From positions 32,001 through 96,000 of the forward strand of contig CAVYHV010000008.1 of assembly GCA_963768425.1 (NCBI GenBank): DNA of 64,000 nucleotides, in the 5' to 3' direction. The notes under the pieces are model-generated. The model was not told where the DNA came from and searched no databases. It saw only the letters and a program-made list of their open reading frames with translations. A program made the position numbers and the translations under genes. Source of the DNA: Candidatus Bathyarchaeota archaeon (lineage in GTDB: Archaea; Thermoproteota; Bathyarchaeia; Bathyarchaeales; Bathycorpusculaceae). Shown here one piece after another: positions 11,312-22,368 of the stretch (positions are counted from its first letter, which is position 1; every line of letters begins with the position of its first letter).

Positions 11312-11542
11312 ATGCCTCAAATGAAAACTTGGAAAACTCGGCCAGACTACTTTGTAGTTTTGGAAATTCTGAAAAAAAAGGGCGACATGACCGACGATGA
11401 CTTGTTCACTGCGCTTAGAGGAGAATTCGAAGATTTAGGCTTCAAAGACTTCAACGGAGTGCTACTTAACTTGGAAGTGAGCGGCAAAATTCGCACTTCA
11501 TCCTTAGCCCGTGGAAAACGTCGAGTAGAGCTAGTCCAATAA
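11312..11542 (+). CDS. small winged-helix protein
   Basis: 76-aa ORF directly after cdc48 with a wHTH-like pattern (VLLNLEVSGKI). Confidence 0.7.
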   Translation: MPQMKTWKTRPDYFVVLEILKKKGDMTDDDLFTALRGEFEDLGFKDFNGVLLNLEVSGKIRTSSLARGKRRVELVQ

Positions 11543-11546
11543 CAAA

Positions 11547-12797
11547 GTGACGATGACCCAGCACAAAACCCAGCAGACAGAGCTCAGAGCCATAATAATC
11601 GGAGGCGGACCTGTCGGCTCCTACGCAGCTTTAAACTTAGCCAGAGCTGGCATTAACACCTCAGTTTTTGAAGAACACCCCCAAATCGGATTCCCATCTC
11701 ACTGCGCCGGGCACCTGAGCATCCGAAACCTAAAGGGAATGGGGTTATACCCGCTTCCCAGTGGAATAGTGGAGAACACTTTTAGCACAGCTAACTTTTA
11801 TTCGCCAAAAGGAACCAAATTTTCAATTCATTTATCCAGCCCAGTGACAGTAGTCTTGAACAGGGCACGGTTCGACCAGTATCTAGCTAAGCGAGCCCAA
11901 GATGCAGGTGCACGCATTTTCCTGGACACCAGTGTCCAATCGCTTGTCATCAAAGATGGCTTCGTTCAGGGCGTCAACATACAAAAGAAAAATGGGGAGC
12001 AGTCTCAAGTTGCCTCTGAGGTGACTGTGGATGCGGAAGGGGTTTCCTCCAGGCTTTTGAGGCAAGCAGGGTTGAAAGCGTTGAAGCCTAAAGGTCTGGT
12101 TTACTCAGTTGAAGCTGAAGTAGAAAACGTGGCTGACGTTGAAAACGGCTCTGTTGAAGTTTTCTTGGGCAAAGCGTATTCGTCTGGATTTTATGGGTGG
12201 CTAATACCGAGAGCAGATGGTTCGGCAAAGGTTGGTTTGGCAACTAATTCAGGCAACCCCAGAGAATGCCTTGAAAAGCTCAGGACGAAGCATCCCGTGG
12301 CATCTAAACAGCTGAGTAACGCAAAAATAATCAAGGTTAGCTACCATGCTATTTCTTTGGGCGGTCCAATAGAGAAGACTTACACGGATGGGTTTCTCGC
12401 TGCTGGTGACTGCGCGTCACAGGTTAAGCCTTCCACCGGCGGTGGAGTAATCTTCGGGTTGACATGTGCGAAAATCGCTGCGGAAACCGCCAGCCAAGCC
12501 ATCTTCGGCGGAGACGTTTCAAGTGATGCGTTGCAGGTTTATCAGAAGCGTTGTTCTGACCTTTTGGGTTTCGACTTCAACGTTATGCTTAGGCTCAGAA
12601 GGTTCCTTAACTCTTTATCTGACGAGAAACTCGATGAAATGCTTCGAGTCTGCGGCAAACTAGGCGTAGATAAAGCTTTGCGGAATGAGGATGAAATTGA
12701 TTTTCAAGGAAAAATGTTGCTTAAAGCCCTTGCGAAGCCTTCCATGGTGGCAATTGTCGCTTATTTTGCGTTGCTTTACTTGTCTGCAAACCCTTAA
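11547..12797 (+). CDS. geranylgeranyl reductase family FAD oxidoreductase
   Basis: GGGPVG, YGWLIP, AGDCASQVKPSTGGGV. Confidence 0.88.
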   Translation: MTMTQHKTQQTELRAIIIGGGPVGSYAALNLARAGINTSVFEEHPQIGFPSHCAGHLSIRNLKGMGLYPLPSGIVENTFSTANFYSPKGTKFSIHLSSPVTVVLNRARFDQYLAKRAQDAGARIFLDTSVQSLVIKDGFVQGVNIQKKNGEQSQVASEVTVDAEGVSSRLLRQAGLKALKPKGLVYSVEAEVENVADVENGSVEVFLGKAYSSGFYGWLIPRADGSAKVGLATNSGNPRECLEKLRTKHPVASKQLSNAKIIKVSYHAISLGGPIEKTYTDGFLAAGDCASQVKPSTGGGVIFGLTCAKIAAETASQAIFGGDVSSDALQVYQKRCSDLLGFDFNVMLRLRRFLNSLSDEKLDEMLRVCGKLGVDKALRNEDEIDFQGKMLLKALAKPSMVAIVAYFALLYLSANP

Positions 12798-12833
12798 AAT
12801 CTCGGTTGCCAAAGATAGAAGCGGGAAAATGCA

Positions 12834-13196
12834 ATGGGTGAATTTGAGTACAAGCAGGTCCTCGTTTTCCGCACGGATTTGAAGATGAGCAAGGGCAAAA
12901 TCGCTGCACAAGCTGGGCACGCTGCGATTTGCGCGGCGCAAGCTGCTCATGAACAGCATAAAAAGTGGTGGGAAGCCTGGATGTATGAGGGAATGCGGAA
13001 AATCGCCGTTAAGGTTCAAGGAGAGAAAGAACTTAGCGAGTTGGAAGAGGCTGCGGATGAGATGGGTTTGCCCCATGCCTTAATCGTTGACAGAGGCTTA
13101 ACTGAGGTTCCCGCAGGCACAGTTACGTGCCTTGGGATTGGTCCTGCCCCGAATAATTTGATTGACAAGTTAACCCGTAATCTTCAACTGCTTTAG
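12834..13196 (+). CDS. pth2: peptidyl-tRNA hydrolase Pth2
   Basis: KQV..R.DLKMSKGKIAAQAGHA, DRGLTE, T.LGIGP. Confidence 0.96.
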   Translation: MGEFEYKQVLVFRTDLKMSKGKIAAQAGHAAICAAQAAHEQHKKWWEAWMYEGMRKIAVKVQGEKELSELEEAADEMGLPHALIVDRGLTEVPAGTVTCLGIGPAPNNLIDKLTRNLQLL

Positions 13197-13205
13197 GCGA
13201 GCAGT

Positions 13206-14576
13206 TTGTCTGTTTCTTCTATTGACAAAGAGCTCGGCATCGAAGTTTATTTGACCAAAGGCTCCGGCGTAGGCGGCGTCATCCGTGAAGGCATTGAGGA
13301 TTTTGTTGTTGAGGAATTTCTTGTTGACGGCTCAAAGGCGAACGTAAACGAGTTTGTTCCTCGCAAAGTTTTGGGTTCCAATCTTGAACGACAACGCTTT
13401 TTGCTTTGCGTTCTAGTCAAGCGCAATTGGGACACTTTTATAGCCGTCAAAAACGTTGCAAGGCAGCTTGGCATAGATCAGAGTCGCATCCAGATTGCAG
13501 GCATCAAAGACGCCAAAGCCGTCACGGCACAACACATAACAGTGGATGGAGGCTTGCTGGAGGAAGCTTCAAAAGTTAACTTAAAAGACATCCAAATCAA
13601 CCCAATCGGTTACGTGCGCGAGGCGCTTTCTACTTATTATCTGCTCGGCAACAGCTTCAAAATAAAAATCAAAGCCATCGACCACCAGAAATCAACCGTT
13701 GAAACGCAAATAGCTCAAGCAATCGGCGAAATCGAAGCGGTAAGCGGTATCCCAAACTTTTTTGGGCACCAACGATTTGGAACAACCCGACCAATAACGC
13801 ATCTCGTTGGAAAAGCCATTACCCGGGGCGATTTCAAGGAAGCCGCGATGCTTTTTTTAGCTAAACCCAGTGCTCATGAACATCCTTCTTCGAGGCAGGC
13901 ACGTCGGGAGCTTCAAGAAACAGGCGATTTTAAGCGGGCGCTTGGAAATTTTCCGCGTCAGCTTCGTTTTGAACGTTTGATGCTGAGCCACTTGGCAGAT
14001 AATGTGGAGGATTTTGTTGGTGCCTTCCAACGGTTGCCCATTAAGCTTCAGGAGCTGTTTGTTCAGGCGCATCAGTCTTACCTGTTTAACCGCTTCCTTA
14101 GCCAGCGGCTTGTGCAGGGTTACGCTTTGAATAGGGCTGAGGTTGGTGACTACGTAGTTGGGGTCGAACGTTCAGGGTTGCCTTTGACGAAGATTTCAAA
14201 AATTGTGACGGCAGAAACTGAGGTTGGGGTCAATGAGCAAATTAAAGCTGGCAAGATGCGGGTTGCTTTGCCTATTTTTGGAGTACGGCAGAAGTTATCC
14301 GAAGGAGTTATGGGAGAGATAGAGCAAGATATTCTTAAACAGGAAAAAAGCACTCTTGAAGAAGTGCGAGTTAACCCTCTGTCAATTGTAGGAGGAAAAG
14401 GCGGTTTAAGAACGGCAGCTACTCCAATCCGGGACTTCAAATTCCAAGTTTCAGAAGACCCTATGGGAAGGGGCTGCCAAGCTGAGTTAAGCTTCACCCT
14501 GCTTAGAGGCAGCTATGCAACGGTACTTCTCAGAGAGCTAATGAAGCCGCTCGACCCAATATCAGCGGGTTTCTAA
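13206..14576 (+). CDS. truD: tRNA pseudouridine(13) synthase
   Basis: AGIKDAKAVTAQ, PNFFGHQRFG, FTLLRGSYATVLLRE. Confidence 0.96.
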   Translation: MSVSSIDKELGIEVYLTKGSGVGGVIREGIEDFVVEEFLVDGSKANVNEFVPRKVLGSNLERQRFLLCVLVKRNWDTFIAVKNVARQLGIDQSRIQIAGIKDAKAVTAQHITVDGGLLEEASKVNLKDIQINPIGYVREALSTYYLLGNSFKIKIKAIDHQKSTVETQIAQAIGEIEAVSGIPNFFGHQRFGTTRPITHLVGKAITRGDFKEAAMLFLAKPSAHEHPSSRQARRELQETGDFKRALGNFPRQLRFERLMLSHLADNVEDFVGAFQRLPIKLQELFVQAHQSYLFNRFLSQRLVQGYALNRAEVGDYVVGVERSGLPLTKISKIVTAETEVGVNEQIKAGKMRVALPIFGVRQKLSEGVMGEIEQDILKQEKSTLEEVRVNPLSIVGGKGGLRTAATPIRDFKFQVSEDPMGRGCQAELSFTLLRGSYATVLLRELMKPLDPISAGF

Positions 14577-14586
14577 CGCAGCCTTT

Positions 14587-15069
14587 TTACTCGACGAACA
14601 TGACAGATGGTTCGTTCTTCAAAAGATGCTGAGCGAATATTTCTGCTTGTTTTAGGTCGTCTTCGTTTGGTCGACCTTTGTTTATGCCGCCTGCGATTTT
14701 AAGTAAACCATAAGTGTCGAATGCGGCGCAATTAAGCTCTCCGATGACCATGTAACCTTTGGATTCAAGTTTCTCCTTGAGGGTCTTGTGGAATTTAGCC
14801 GCGGCTTTACCTGCTCTTCCACTGGTGGAAAAAATGAATGCTTTCTTGTCTGTAACTTTTGGGATTTTGTCTGCAAGTTCAAGAATGGGTTTGCCAAGTT
14901 TCCCAAAGTAAACCCCTGAGCCGAAGCCCACAAGCTCAAAGCTTGTAAGGGTATTTGGGTCAGTTTGCTCGGGAGTTTTTATTTCTGCTCCAATAACCTT
15001 GGCGATTACTTGGGCGATTTTCTCAGTGTTTTTATGGTGATACGAAAATAAAACTATAACTGAGTTCAT
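14587..15069 (-). CDS. flavodoxin family protein
   Basis: SYHHKNTEKIA, GFGSGVYFG, INKGRPNEDD. Confidence 0.88.
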   Translation of the reverse strand: MNSVIVLFSYHHKNTEKIAQVIAKVIGAEIKTPEQTDPNTLTSFELVGFGSGVYFGKLGKPILELADKIPKVTDKKAFIFSTSGRAGKAAAKFHKTLKEKLESKGYMVIGELNCAAFDTYGLLKIAGGINKGRPNEDDLKQAEIFAQHLLKNEPSVMFVE

Positions 15070-15178
15070 TTGGATACACAACCTGATTGTAGTGGAGTTA
15101 CCCTTATTTTAGCGCTTTGGTAGCTGGAAAAAGTTGATAAGCAACCGCCAAGTTCTTTCCTTTAGGAAGCTCATTTTT

Positions 15179-15737
15179 ATGGGAAATGAACCGTCGCGAC
15201 AATGCGTTATTCCACTCCATAAGCCAAGCCGAAGAGAGTTATGTTCTTTTTCATTTCCGGCATACTTGTAAGCGTCCCTATGGCTTTGTTCTTCTCAAAT
15301 GTTTACCCTTACGTTCCAGTTCTCATTATCTGTCGCGTTTTCGCGCCTTTAGTTGAAGAATTGGCAAAAGTTTTCCCGCTGTTTTACAGGCACGGCGAAA
15401 CCGAGAGATCCATAGTGACTTTGGGCGTTTTGATCGGGCTTGGCTTTGGGATTTCCGAATTTTTCCTTTACGTAGTTCTTTTTGCACGTTCCTCCAATTG
15501 TGAGGGTTCCCGGTGTTATTTTCCATGCGTCAAGCGCAGGCATAACAGCTTACGGCATAGCTAAAAAGAACCCGCTGCCCTACTATCTCATATCTGTGTT
15601 GCTTCATGTGACAAACAATTTCTTTGCTTTAACAGCATGCGGTCAGGCATATTTGTGGAGTTGCTGGTTTTGTTGTTGCATATCTTCTTGCTTGGCGCTT
15701 TTACCATAGCGCTTCAACAGAAAAAATAGTTGTATAG
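15179..15737 (+). CDS. PrsW-like intramembrane metalloprotease, split by indels
   Basis: APLVEELAK, GLGFGISE, FHAS, LHVTNN motifs across frames. Confidence 0.75.
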
Positions 15738-15739
15738 CC

Positions 15740-16267
<528 letters not shown>

Positions 16268-16332
16268 GCGTCTCATCGCCATTTCAGGTTAAGCCCACAC
16301 GCTTTTATGATTTGCGCCTAAAAATCCTGAGC

Positions 16333-16916
16333 TTAAACCAGATTCTTCAGAACATATTCAACTGGAAAAACCGTAAGGGATCCACCGTCGACCTGAATTT
16401 GCTTCGAAGTTGAAAAACCTCTTTTCTCCCGACTCAAAAGTTCAACCTTAACTCTTAAGCCTCCGCCGTATCCGCCTAGCTGAGGTCCGTCTTGACGACT
16501 CTGTGACAGGGAACGATGGGTGCAAAGGGGTTTGAAGCCATGACATTTCCCACGACTCTCGGGCTGCCACCTACTACTTTAGCGATTGCGCCGTAAGATG
16601 CGACGTAGCCAAGGGGAATCTGCAGCGTTGCCTTTAAGACCTTTTGAGTATACGCTGGAAGAGCAGCATAATCTAAGGGCAAGGGTTCGTCAACGCCTAG
16701 TCCATCATAGATTTTTTTAATACAGACAGAGGCAGTTTGCGCGAAGTCTGAAGGTTTTACGAAGACTTGGAAAGGCTTTTGGTAGGGAATGCTTGCCAGC
16801 ACGTTGCTCAAGGTTTTTTGTTGCGTTGGGCTGAAGGATGATGCGACAATTTGCAGTTGATCACAGGCTACTCCGAACCAAATACCGTCAAGATTTAGGA
16901 CGTGAACTTCTATCAT
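16333..16916 (-). CDS. ogt: methylated-DNA--protein-cysteine methyltransferase (1 indel)
   Basis: IP.G.V.SYG, NP..PIVPCHRVV, continues as LGGYGGG in the next frame. Confidence 0.92.
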
Positions 16917-17039
16917 TAATTTCCACTTTGTTCCGTTCTTCATCGCTTCCTCGGATACTATACCGCGGATAACAAGATTAATGGATATAAGTAACCTTAA
17001 TAATTTGTCTTGTGTATAAACATCGAAAAGGCGAAAATT

Positions 17040-17732
17040 ATGGAAGGTTACGGACCACAACTACCTGAAATCCCGCAAATTCCGCAGTACCCGCAAATGC
17101 AACAGGACCAACAGCAGCAACAAGCTCAGCAAGGCGGACTTGCTTGGATGCCAGGCGCCACTACAGTAGGTGTTGTCTTCAAGGATGGCGTACTCTTAGC
17201 CGCTGAAAAAAGAGTAACTTATGGTTACTTCGTCATGAGCAAAGGCGGCAAGAAAGTTTTCAAAGTAACAGATCGAATCGGCGTTGCCTGCGCAGGGCTC
17301 GTCGGCGACATGCAGATTTTAGCAAAAGAAATGGAGGCGCAAGCCAACCTTTTCGGCATGGACACAGGCAGAAAAATCACTGTGCGTGCAGCAGCCAAAC
17401 TATTGGCGAACGTGCTTTTCAATCGTCGTTACGCTCCGCTTTTCACCCAAACGATCGTCGGCGGCTTAGACGAGGATGGCCCAGCGCTTTTTGTGCTTGA
17501 TGTTTTGGGTTCACTTATACCTGACAAATACGCAGTTGTAGGCACAGGAACAGAAATCGCTATAGGAGTTATCGAAGACGCCTACAAAGAAACCATGACC
17601 GCAGAAGAAACAAAAGAACTTGTAACGCGAGCAATAAAATCAGCAATCAGCAGAGACTCAATGAGCGGCGATGGCATAGACTTTCTCATCATAACCAAAG
17701 ATGGCATCAAAGAAGAATCCATAAAGTTCTAA
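17040..17732 (+). CDS. psmB: proteasome beta subunit, probably non-catalytic (Ala at the Thr1 position), Gln-rich N-terminus
   Basis: PGATTVGVVFKDGVLLAAEKR, AGLVGDMQ, RDSMSGDGID. Confidence 0.93.
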   Translation: MEGYGPQLPEIPQIPQYPQMQQDQQQQQAQQGGLAWMPGATTVGVVFKDGVLLAAEKRVTYGYFVMSKGGKKVFKVTDRIGVACAGLVGDMQILAKEMEAQANLFGMDTGRKITVRAAAKLLANVLFNRRYAPLFTQTIVGGLDEDGPALFVLDVLGSLIPDKYAVVGTGTEIAIGVIEDAYKETMTAEETKELVTRAIKSAISRDSMSGDGIDFLIITKDGIKEESIKF

Positions 17733-17812
17733 ACCAACTTTTTTCATCCTTAAACATATTTTTCGTTATTCAGCGGCACCTACAGGGTGCCCTGGCTTGG
17801 AAGTGATGAATT

Positions 17813-18436
17813 ATGTCGTTTGAACTTAGCATAGATGAAGGAAAATTCTTAATCAACCTAGCAAGAAACACAGTTAAGGAATATCTTGAAAACGGCAAAA
17901 CTTTGAAACCCCCAAAAGACACTCCGAAAAAGATGTTTGAACTCTGCGGGGTCTTCGTCACAATAAATAGCATCAAAAACGGCGAGAAGGAGCTTCGCGG
18001 CTGCATCGGCTATCCTTATCCGACCAGTCCCCTTGTGGAAGCAGTCATCGATTCCGCCATTAACGCCGCAACAGAGGACCCAAGGTTCTGCCCGATCAGC
18101 ATTGACGAGTTACTCACGGTTGTTTTCGAGGTAAGCGTGTTAACCCCGCCGGAACCCGTTGAAGTGGATAACCCTAAGGAGTACATAAAAAAGATTAAGG
18201 TTGGCGAAGACGGACTCATCGTTGGAAGAGGACCTTACAAAGGCTTGCTTCTCCCCCAGGTGCCAGTTGAGTGGGGATGGTGTGAAGAAGAATTTTTGTG
18301 TCAATGCTGCGTGAAAGCAGGGCTCCCGCCTGACAGCTGGCTAACAAAAGATGCTAAAATCTACAAGTTTCGAGCCATCATTTTCGCGGAAGAGATGCCG
18401 CTCGGAGAAGTTAAACGTTTAACCCTCAGAAAATAG
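17813..18436 (+). CDS. AMMECR1/TIGR00296 family protein
   Basis: GVFVT, LRGCIG, DPRF, LLLPQV motifs. Confidence 0.93.
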   Translation: MSFELSIDEGKFLINLARNTVKEYLENGKTLKPPKDTPKKMFELCGVFVTINSIKNGEKELRGCIGYPYPTSPLVEAVIDSAINAATEDPRFCPISIDELLTVVFEVSVLTPPEPVEVDNPKEYIKKIKVGEDGLIVGRGPYKGLLLPQVPVEWGWCEEEFLCQCCVKAGLPPDSWLTKDAKIYKFRAIIFAEEMPLGEVKRLTLRK

Positions 18437-18443
18437 CGGATGG

Positions 18444-19592
18444 TTAATCCTTCAGGGTCTCAACAATCGTTTGCGCCCTGTCTAAGCCTTTGTACTTGTT
18501 GGAGAACTGGTTTAGAGCCAAAACGTTTTTGTCAAAGGAATCTTGGTCATTCTCCAGTTTTGCAACTGCCTTCTCCAGTTGCTTTTTGTTCTTGACGGTT
18601 ATCGAGCAGTTCAAATTTTGCAGTTTAGCTGCGTTGCCCAACTGTTCCGGCTGCGTTGGGATGCAGATGCTGGGTTTCGCGTACTTAACGGTTTCAAAGC
18701 ACGTTGCGTGTCCACCGCTGAAGATTATGAATTTGGCGTTCCTCATGAATTCCGCCCTTTCTTCGGCTGACAGCCAGGTGTGAAGTTCGCAGTTCCCGAT
18801 TTTGGTTGAGGCTTTCTTGCCCGGCGTTCCCAGGCTGACGATGCATTTGCTTTTCATTTTTTTGAGGACTGGAAGCAGGATTTTGAGCATTTTTGCTCTC
18901 GTGCCTGGTGGTCCGCTTATGGGTACAAAAATGTGTTCCTTCGATCCTTCAACAGGCGACGTATCTACAAAGCTTCCTACATATTCGACTTTGTCGTCTA
19001 AACCCATGTTATCGATGTTCCCGATGCTGTACTCCGAAATCGTGTATGGGGGTGGGTTGTCGGGAATAATTATTTTTGAACACCGCTTAACGTACCGTTC
19101 AACGAGCCGTTCGCCTGGATTAAGGAAGGCGGAGAAACCGTAGCTTGGCCTAATCATGTTAGCTATGTAAATTGAGGGAAAACGCCACCGCTGAGAAAGC
19201 CTGAGCGCGTTTATGTCTCCATCTGCAATCAATAGGTCAGGCGCTAATGTTTGGATGTTTTCCCTGAGATCATAGTATCGATGGATGGTCTCCCAGGCGT
19301 TGGAGTTTTTTATTTCTAGCTTGTTCTTCTCGAAATTATATAATGGAAGTGGCAACAACGTGTTAACGAGCGATGCGGAAGTGATTATGCCATAAGCGTT
19401 CTCGTACCAAGAGATCGGCGTGCATTTGTAGACATGGCTGAACTCCTTCTGTAACAATTCGTATGCTTTGCCTCCTGAGAAAAAGAACATTTCGTGACCG
19501 CGGTTCTGCAGCCGTTTCCCTAAAGGAATTATACGTGAAACATGGCCTAAGCCAAGCTCTGAACAGCTAAACAGCAACCGCATAATGAACAA
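18444..19592 (-). CDS. GT-B glycosyltransferase (GT28/MJ1255-like)
   Basis: LGLGHVSR, SGGHAT..E, PTQPEQLGNA. Confidence 0.85.
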   Translation of the reverse strand: MFIMRLLFSCSELGLGHVSRIIPLGKRLQNRGHEMFFFSGGKAYELLQKEFSHVYKCTPISWYENAYGIITSASLVNTLLPLPLYNFEKNKLEIKNSNAWETIHRYYDLRENIQTLAPDLLIADGDINALRLSQRWRFPSIYIANMIRPSYGFSAFLNPGERLVERYVKRCSKIIIPDNPPPYTISEYSIGNIDNMGLDDKVEYVGSFVDTSPVEGSKEHIFVPISGPPGTRAKMLKILLPVLKKMKSKCIVSLGTPGKKASTKIGNCELHTWLSAEERAEFMRNAKFIIFSGGHATCFETVKYAKPSICIPTQPEQLGNAAKLQNLNCSITVKNKKQLEKAVAKLENDQDSFDKNVLALNQFSNKYKGLDRAQTIVETLKD

Positions 19593-19680
19593 AGTATATT
19601 GAGAAGATTTATTTTAACCATATCTATGGTTCCCAGGAAAAAGTAAGCAGTTTTAAGCTAGTTGCTAACACTAAATTGTT

Positions 19681-20553
19681 ATGTTTGTTCCCCGAAAAAT
19701 TCGTGAAGAAAAACTTAGACAAATACTAGCCGACGACGTTGGCCTCGGCGACGTCACAGCTCAAGCGCTGATACCTCCAAATTTGGTTGTAAACGCTGTG
19801 GTTATGGCGAAGGAGGATGGCGTAGCCGCGGGAATTGAAGAAGTAACTATTCTTGTTGAGTATTTGGGGCTAAAATGTAAGGCTAAAGTTGCAGATGGGG
19901 ATGCAATCAAAAACAAGCAGGTGCTTATGGAGATTTCGGGTAACGCGCAGACAATTCTCTCCGCGGAACGAACCGTGCTTAATTTACTTTCGCGGATGAG
20001 TGGAATCGCTACGGCAACCCGAAAACTAACCGAGAAAATCAAGAAAGCAGGATTCAAAACCAAGATTGCCGCAACTCGCAAATCAGCGCCAGGGCTGGTA
20101 TACTTTGATAAGAAAGCGGTAGTAATTGGAGGTGGTGACCCGCATAGGCTTCACTTGGACGACATGGTTCTGATTAAAGACAATCACGTCGTCATAGTTG
20201 GAAGCCCCGAAGCTGCCGTCAAAAAAGCGAAGGCAAACGTTTCTTTCGCCAAGAAAATTGAGGTTGAAGTAACAAAGGTATCTGATGTTTTGAAGGTTGC
20301 GCGGGCAGGGGCTGACGCGATTATGCTCGATAACTTCTCAGTTGAGCAGGTTAAAGAGGCGGCAGATTTGCTGAATAAGGCGGGTTTCTCGAGCAAAGTA
20401 GTTTTGGAGGCTAGCGGCGGAATCAAGGCCGAAGACGTCTTGGATTATGCAGCGGCTAAGGTTGACATCATCAGTATAGGTCGACTTACGAATAGCGTCA
20501 AAGCTTTAGATATCAGCTTAGAGATTGCCAAAGAAGCAAAAGAAGCCTTTTAG
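19681..20553 (+). CDS. nadC: quinolinate phosphoribosyltransferase
   Basis: TRKSAPG, HRLHLDD..LIKDNH, IEVEV, MLDNF, EASGGI. Confidence 0.96.
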   Translation: MFVPRKIREEKLRQILADDVGLGDVTAQALIPPNLVVNAVVMAKEDGVAAGIEEVTILVEYLGLKCKAKVADGDAIKNKQVLMEISGNAQTILSAERTVLNLLSRMSGIATATRKLTEKIKKAGFKTKIAATRKSAPGLVYFDKKAVVIGGGDPHRLHLDDMVLIKDNHVVIVGSPEAAVKKAKANVSFAKKIEVEVTKVSDVLKVARAGADAIMLDNFSVEQVKEAADLLNKAGFSSKVVLEASGGIKAEDVLDYAAAKVDIISIGRLTNSVKALDISLEIAKEAKEAF

Positions 20554-20562
20554 GCTTATAGC

Positions 20563-21107
20563 CTAAATCAGCGGAAGCATCGATTCCACTATGGCTCCGA
20601 CTACAAGCAGGGCGGCGCACACGCCTATGAGAATTGCGGTGGTCTTAAGTTCCCCATACCTCTTCTGCATTAGCCTGCGGAGCAACCAGATGCTTTCTCC
20701 GATGGCGATTGAATAGGCCGTGAATTCAATCCAAAATATTGGATTTAGAAGTTCAGCGAAAACGTATAGAAGGGGGGGAATCCTAATACTTGAGCTTCAG
20801 CGCCTATTCCGTAGCCAGTTGAAACGAAAGTTAAGACCCCAAACAATGGTCCAACGATTGGAATGAAGAAGATTAGGCAGATTCTGAAGTTATTCAAGAA
20901 AATAAACTGCGGTACTGTTCCGTTTGCTTTCTGCTGGCTAACTGTTTGGTTTAACTGATCATAAAATTGTGTTGCCGCGCTATGACTAATTGGAATCGAA
21001 GCCCCGATAGCAGTTAACACTATAGCCCCTACAAGAATTAATAGAAATGTGTAAATTCTCTTACGTCTGGTCGATGCGTTCGTCCAAAATGACAAATCAA
21101 GCTTCAT
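20563..21107 (-). CDS. SpoIIM-like membrane protein (1 indel)
   Basis: IFLNNFRI..IPIVG, continues P.FWIEFTAYSIA ... VGAIVE. Confidence 0.8.
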
Positions 21108-21258
21108 CCGTGTTAACCTTCATTTCGACTTCTGGGGTTAATTCTTTATGCACGAAATCCTCGCGCACAAGGATTTAATGTCTCTACCAATTTAACCTTT
21201 CTCAAAACATTCTTAACATCAACAGCATAACCGAGGAGGTTATCTCATTGTGCATTTC

Positions 21259-21865
21259 TTATTTTAAGCCTAAAGCCAAAATGTACATTTCTGAGCTTTT
21301 GGAGCGGCTTGCTTGAGGTTTAACAATTTTAACGATTTCGAAGCTGGCTTTTACAGTTTGAATGAAGTCGTCAAGTTGGTCTCCCTGAAAGATCTTTACA
21401 AAGAAGTTTCCTGAGGGGACGCAGCAAGCACTGTGCGATTCCCAACGCTCTTGTAGCTAAGTCAATTTGTCTTGCATGGTCAACTTCCCAAACGCCTGTA
21501 ATGTTTGGCGCCGCATCAGAAATAACTGCGTCTGCTTTGCGTGGTAAGAAAGAGAGAATCTCTTTAACGATATCTGGATCGGTCATATCTGCAATTATTG
21601 TCCTTATGTATTCTTGGGTGAATGGTTCAATTGGTTTAAGGTCTACGCCTAAAACAAAACCATGGGATCCAGTCATTTTTCTGGCGGCTTGAATCCAACC
21701 GCCTGGAGCAGCACCTAAATCGACGACTACATCATTTCTTTTTATGAACTGGTATTTCTCGTTAGCTTGAACCAGCTTGTAAGTGGCCCTTGAACGGTAG
21801 TTTTCAGCTTTTGCTTTTTTGTAATAATACTCATTTTTCCTATCTCGGATCCAAGCTTTCGGCAA
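21259..21865 (-). CDS. rlmE: 23S rRNA Um2552 methyltransferase RlmE/FtsJ (indel near 3' end)
   Basis: YRSRATYKL, VVDLGAAPGGW, SDAAPN, KPQASRSKSSEMY. Confidence 0.95.
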
Positions 21866-22283
21866 CGGAGTTATCAGCCTCTTCTTCTATGTTTTGCACG
21901 CTTGGATCAGGCATAGGTACTGCCGCAACGGGTTCTTTTCCCAGAGAAATTATCCAGTCTGTAAGCCTGGGGCAGCTTTTAGGTGAAATCGCCGTGGTCG
22001 GATCACACCTCGCGTTGTCTGGGCAAAGCAAGCAGGGGCAGTCAATGATTGTTTGTATCGATGCAGGAAGCCTTTTCGGGTAAAGCCGATAGGTCCATCT
22101 GCCTTCCTGAAGCTCTTTTTCGCGTCGGATTAACCCTTTTTCCTCAAGTTTAATTGAGACTCTTGAGCCCTCCCGACTGCTTGCGCCTAGTTCACGCCAA
22201 AGGTCTGATTGGAGCACGCCTTGATAGCCCGTGTTCACCACATAATGGAGTGCTTTCTGTTCGAGGTCATTACGTTTAGGCAT
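21840..22283 (-). CDS. transcription factor E beta subunit (Rpc34/C39 homologue; wHTH plus Fe-S domain)
   Basis: GVLQSDLWRELG..SREGSR wHTH and C-terminal PCLLCP....C.....ISPKSC..L..W, the Rpc34-type 4-Cys motif. Confidence 0.85.
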   Translation of the reverse strand: MPKRNDLEQKALHYVVNTGYQGVLQSDLWRELGASSREGSRVSIKLEEKGLIRREKELQEGRWTYRLYPKRLPASIQTIIDCPCLLCPDNARCDPTTAISPKSCPRLTDWIISLGKEPVAAVPMPDPSVQNIEEEADNSVAESLDPR

Positions 22284-22368
22284 CTACTATCAATTCCAAA
22301 TAATGCAATTAGAATATAAGCGTTGAATCCAGATAAAAATATGTATCCCTTAAGAAACATGGAACCCG

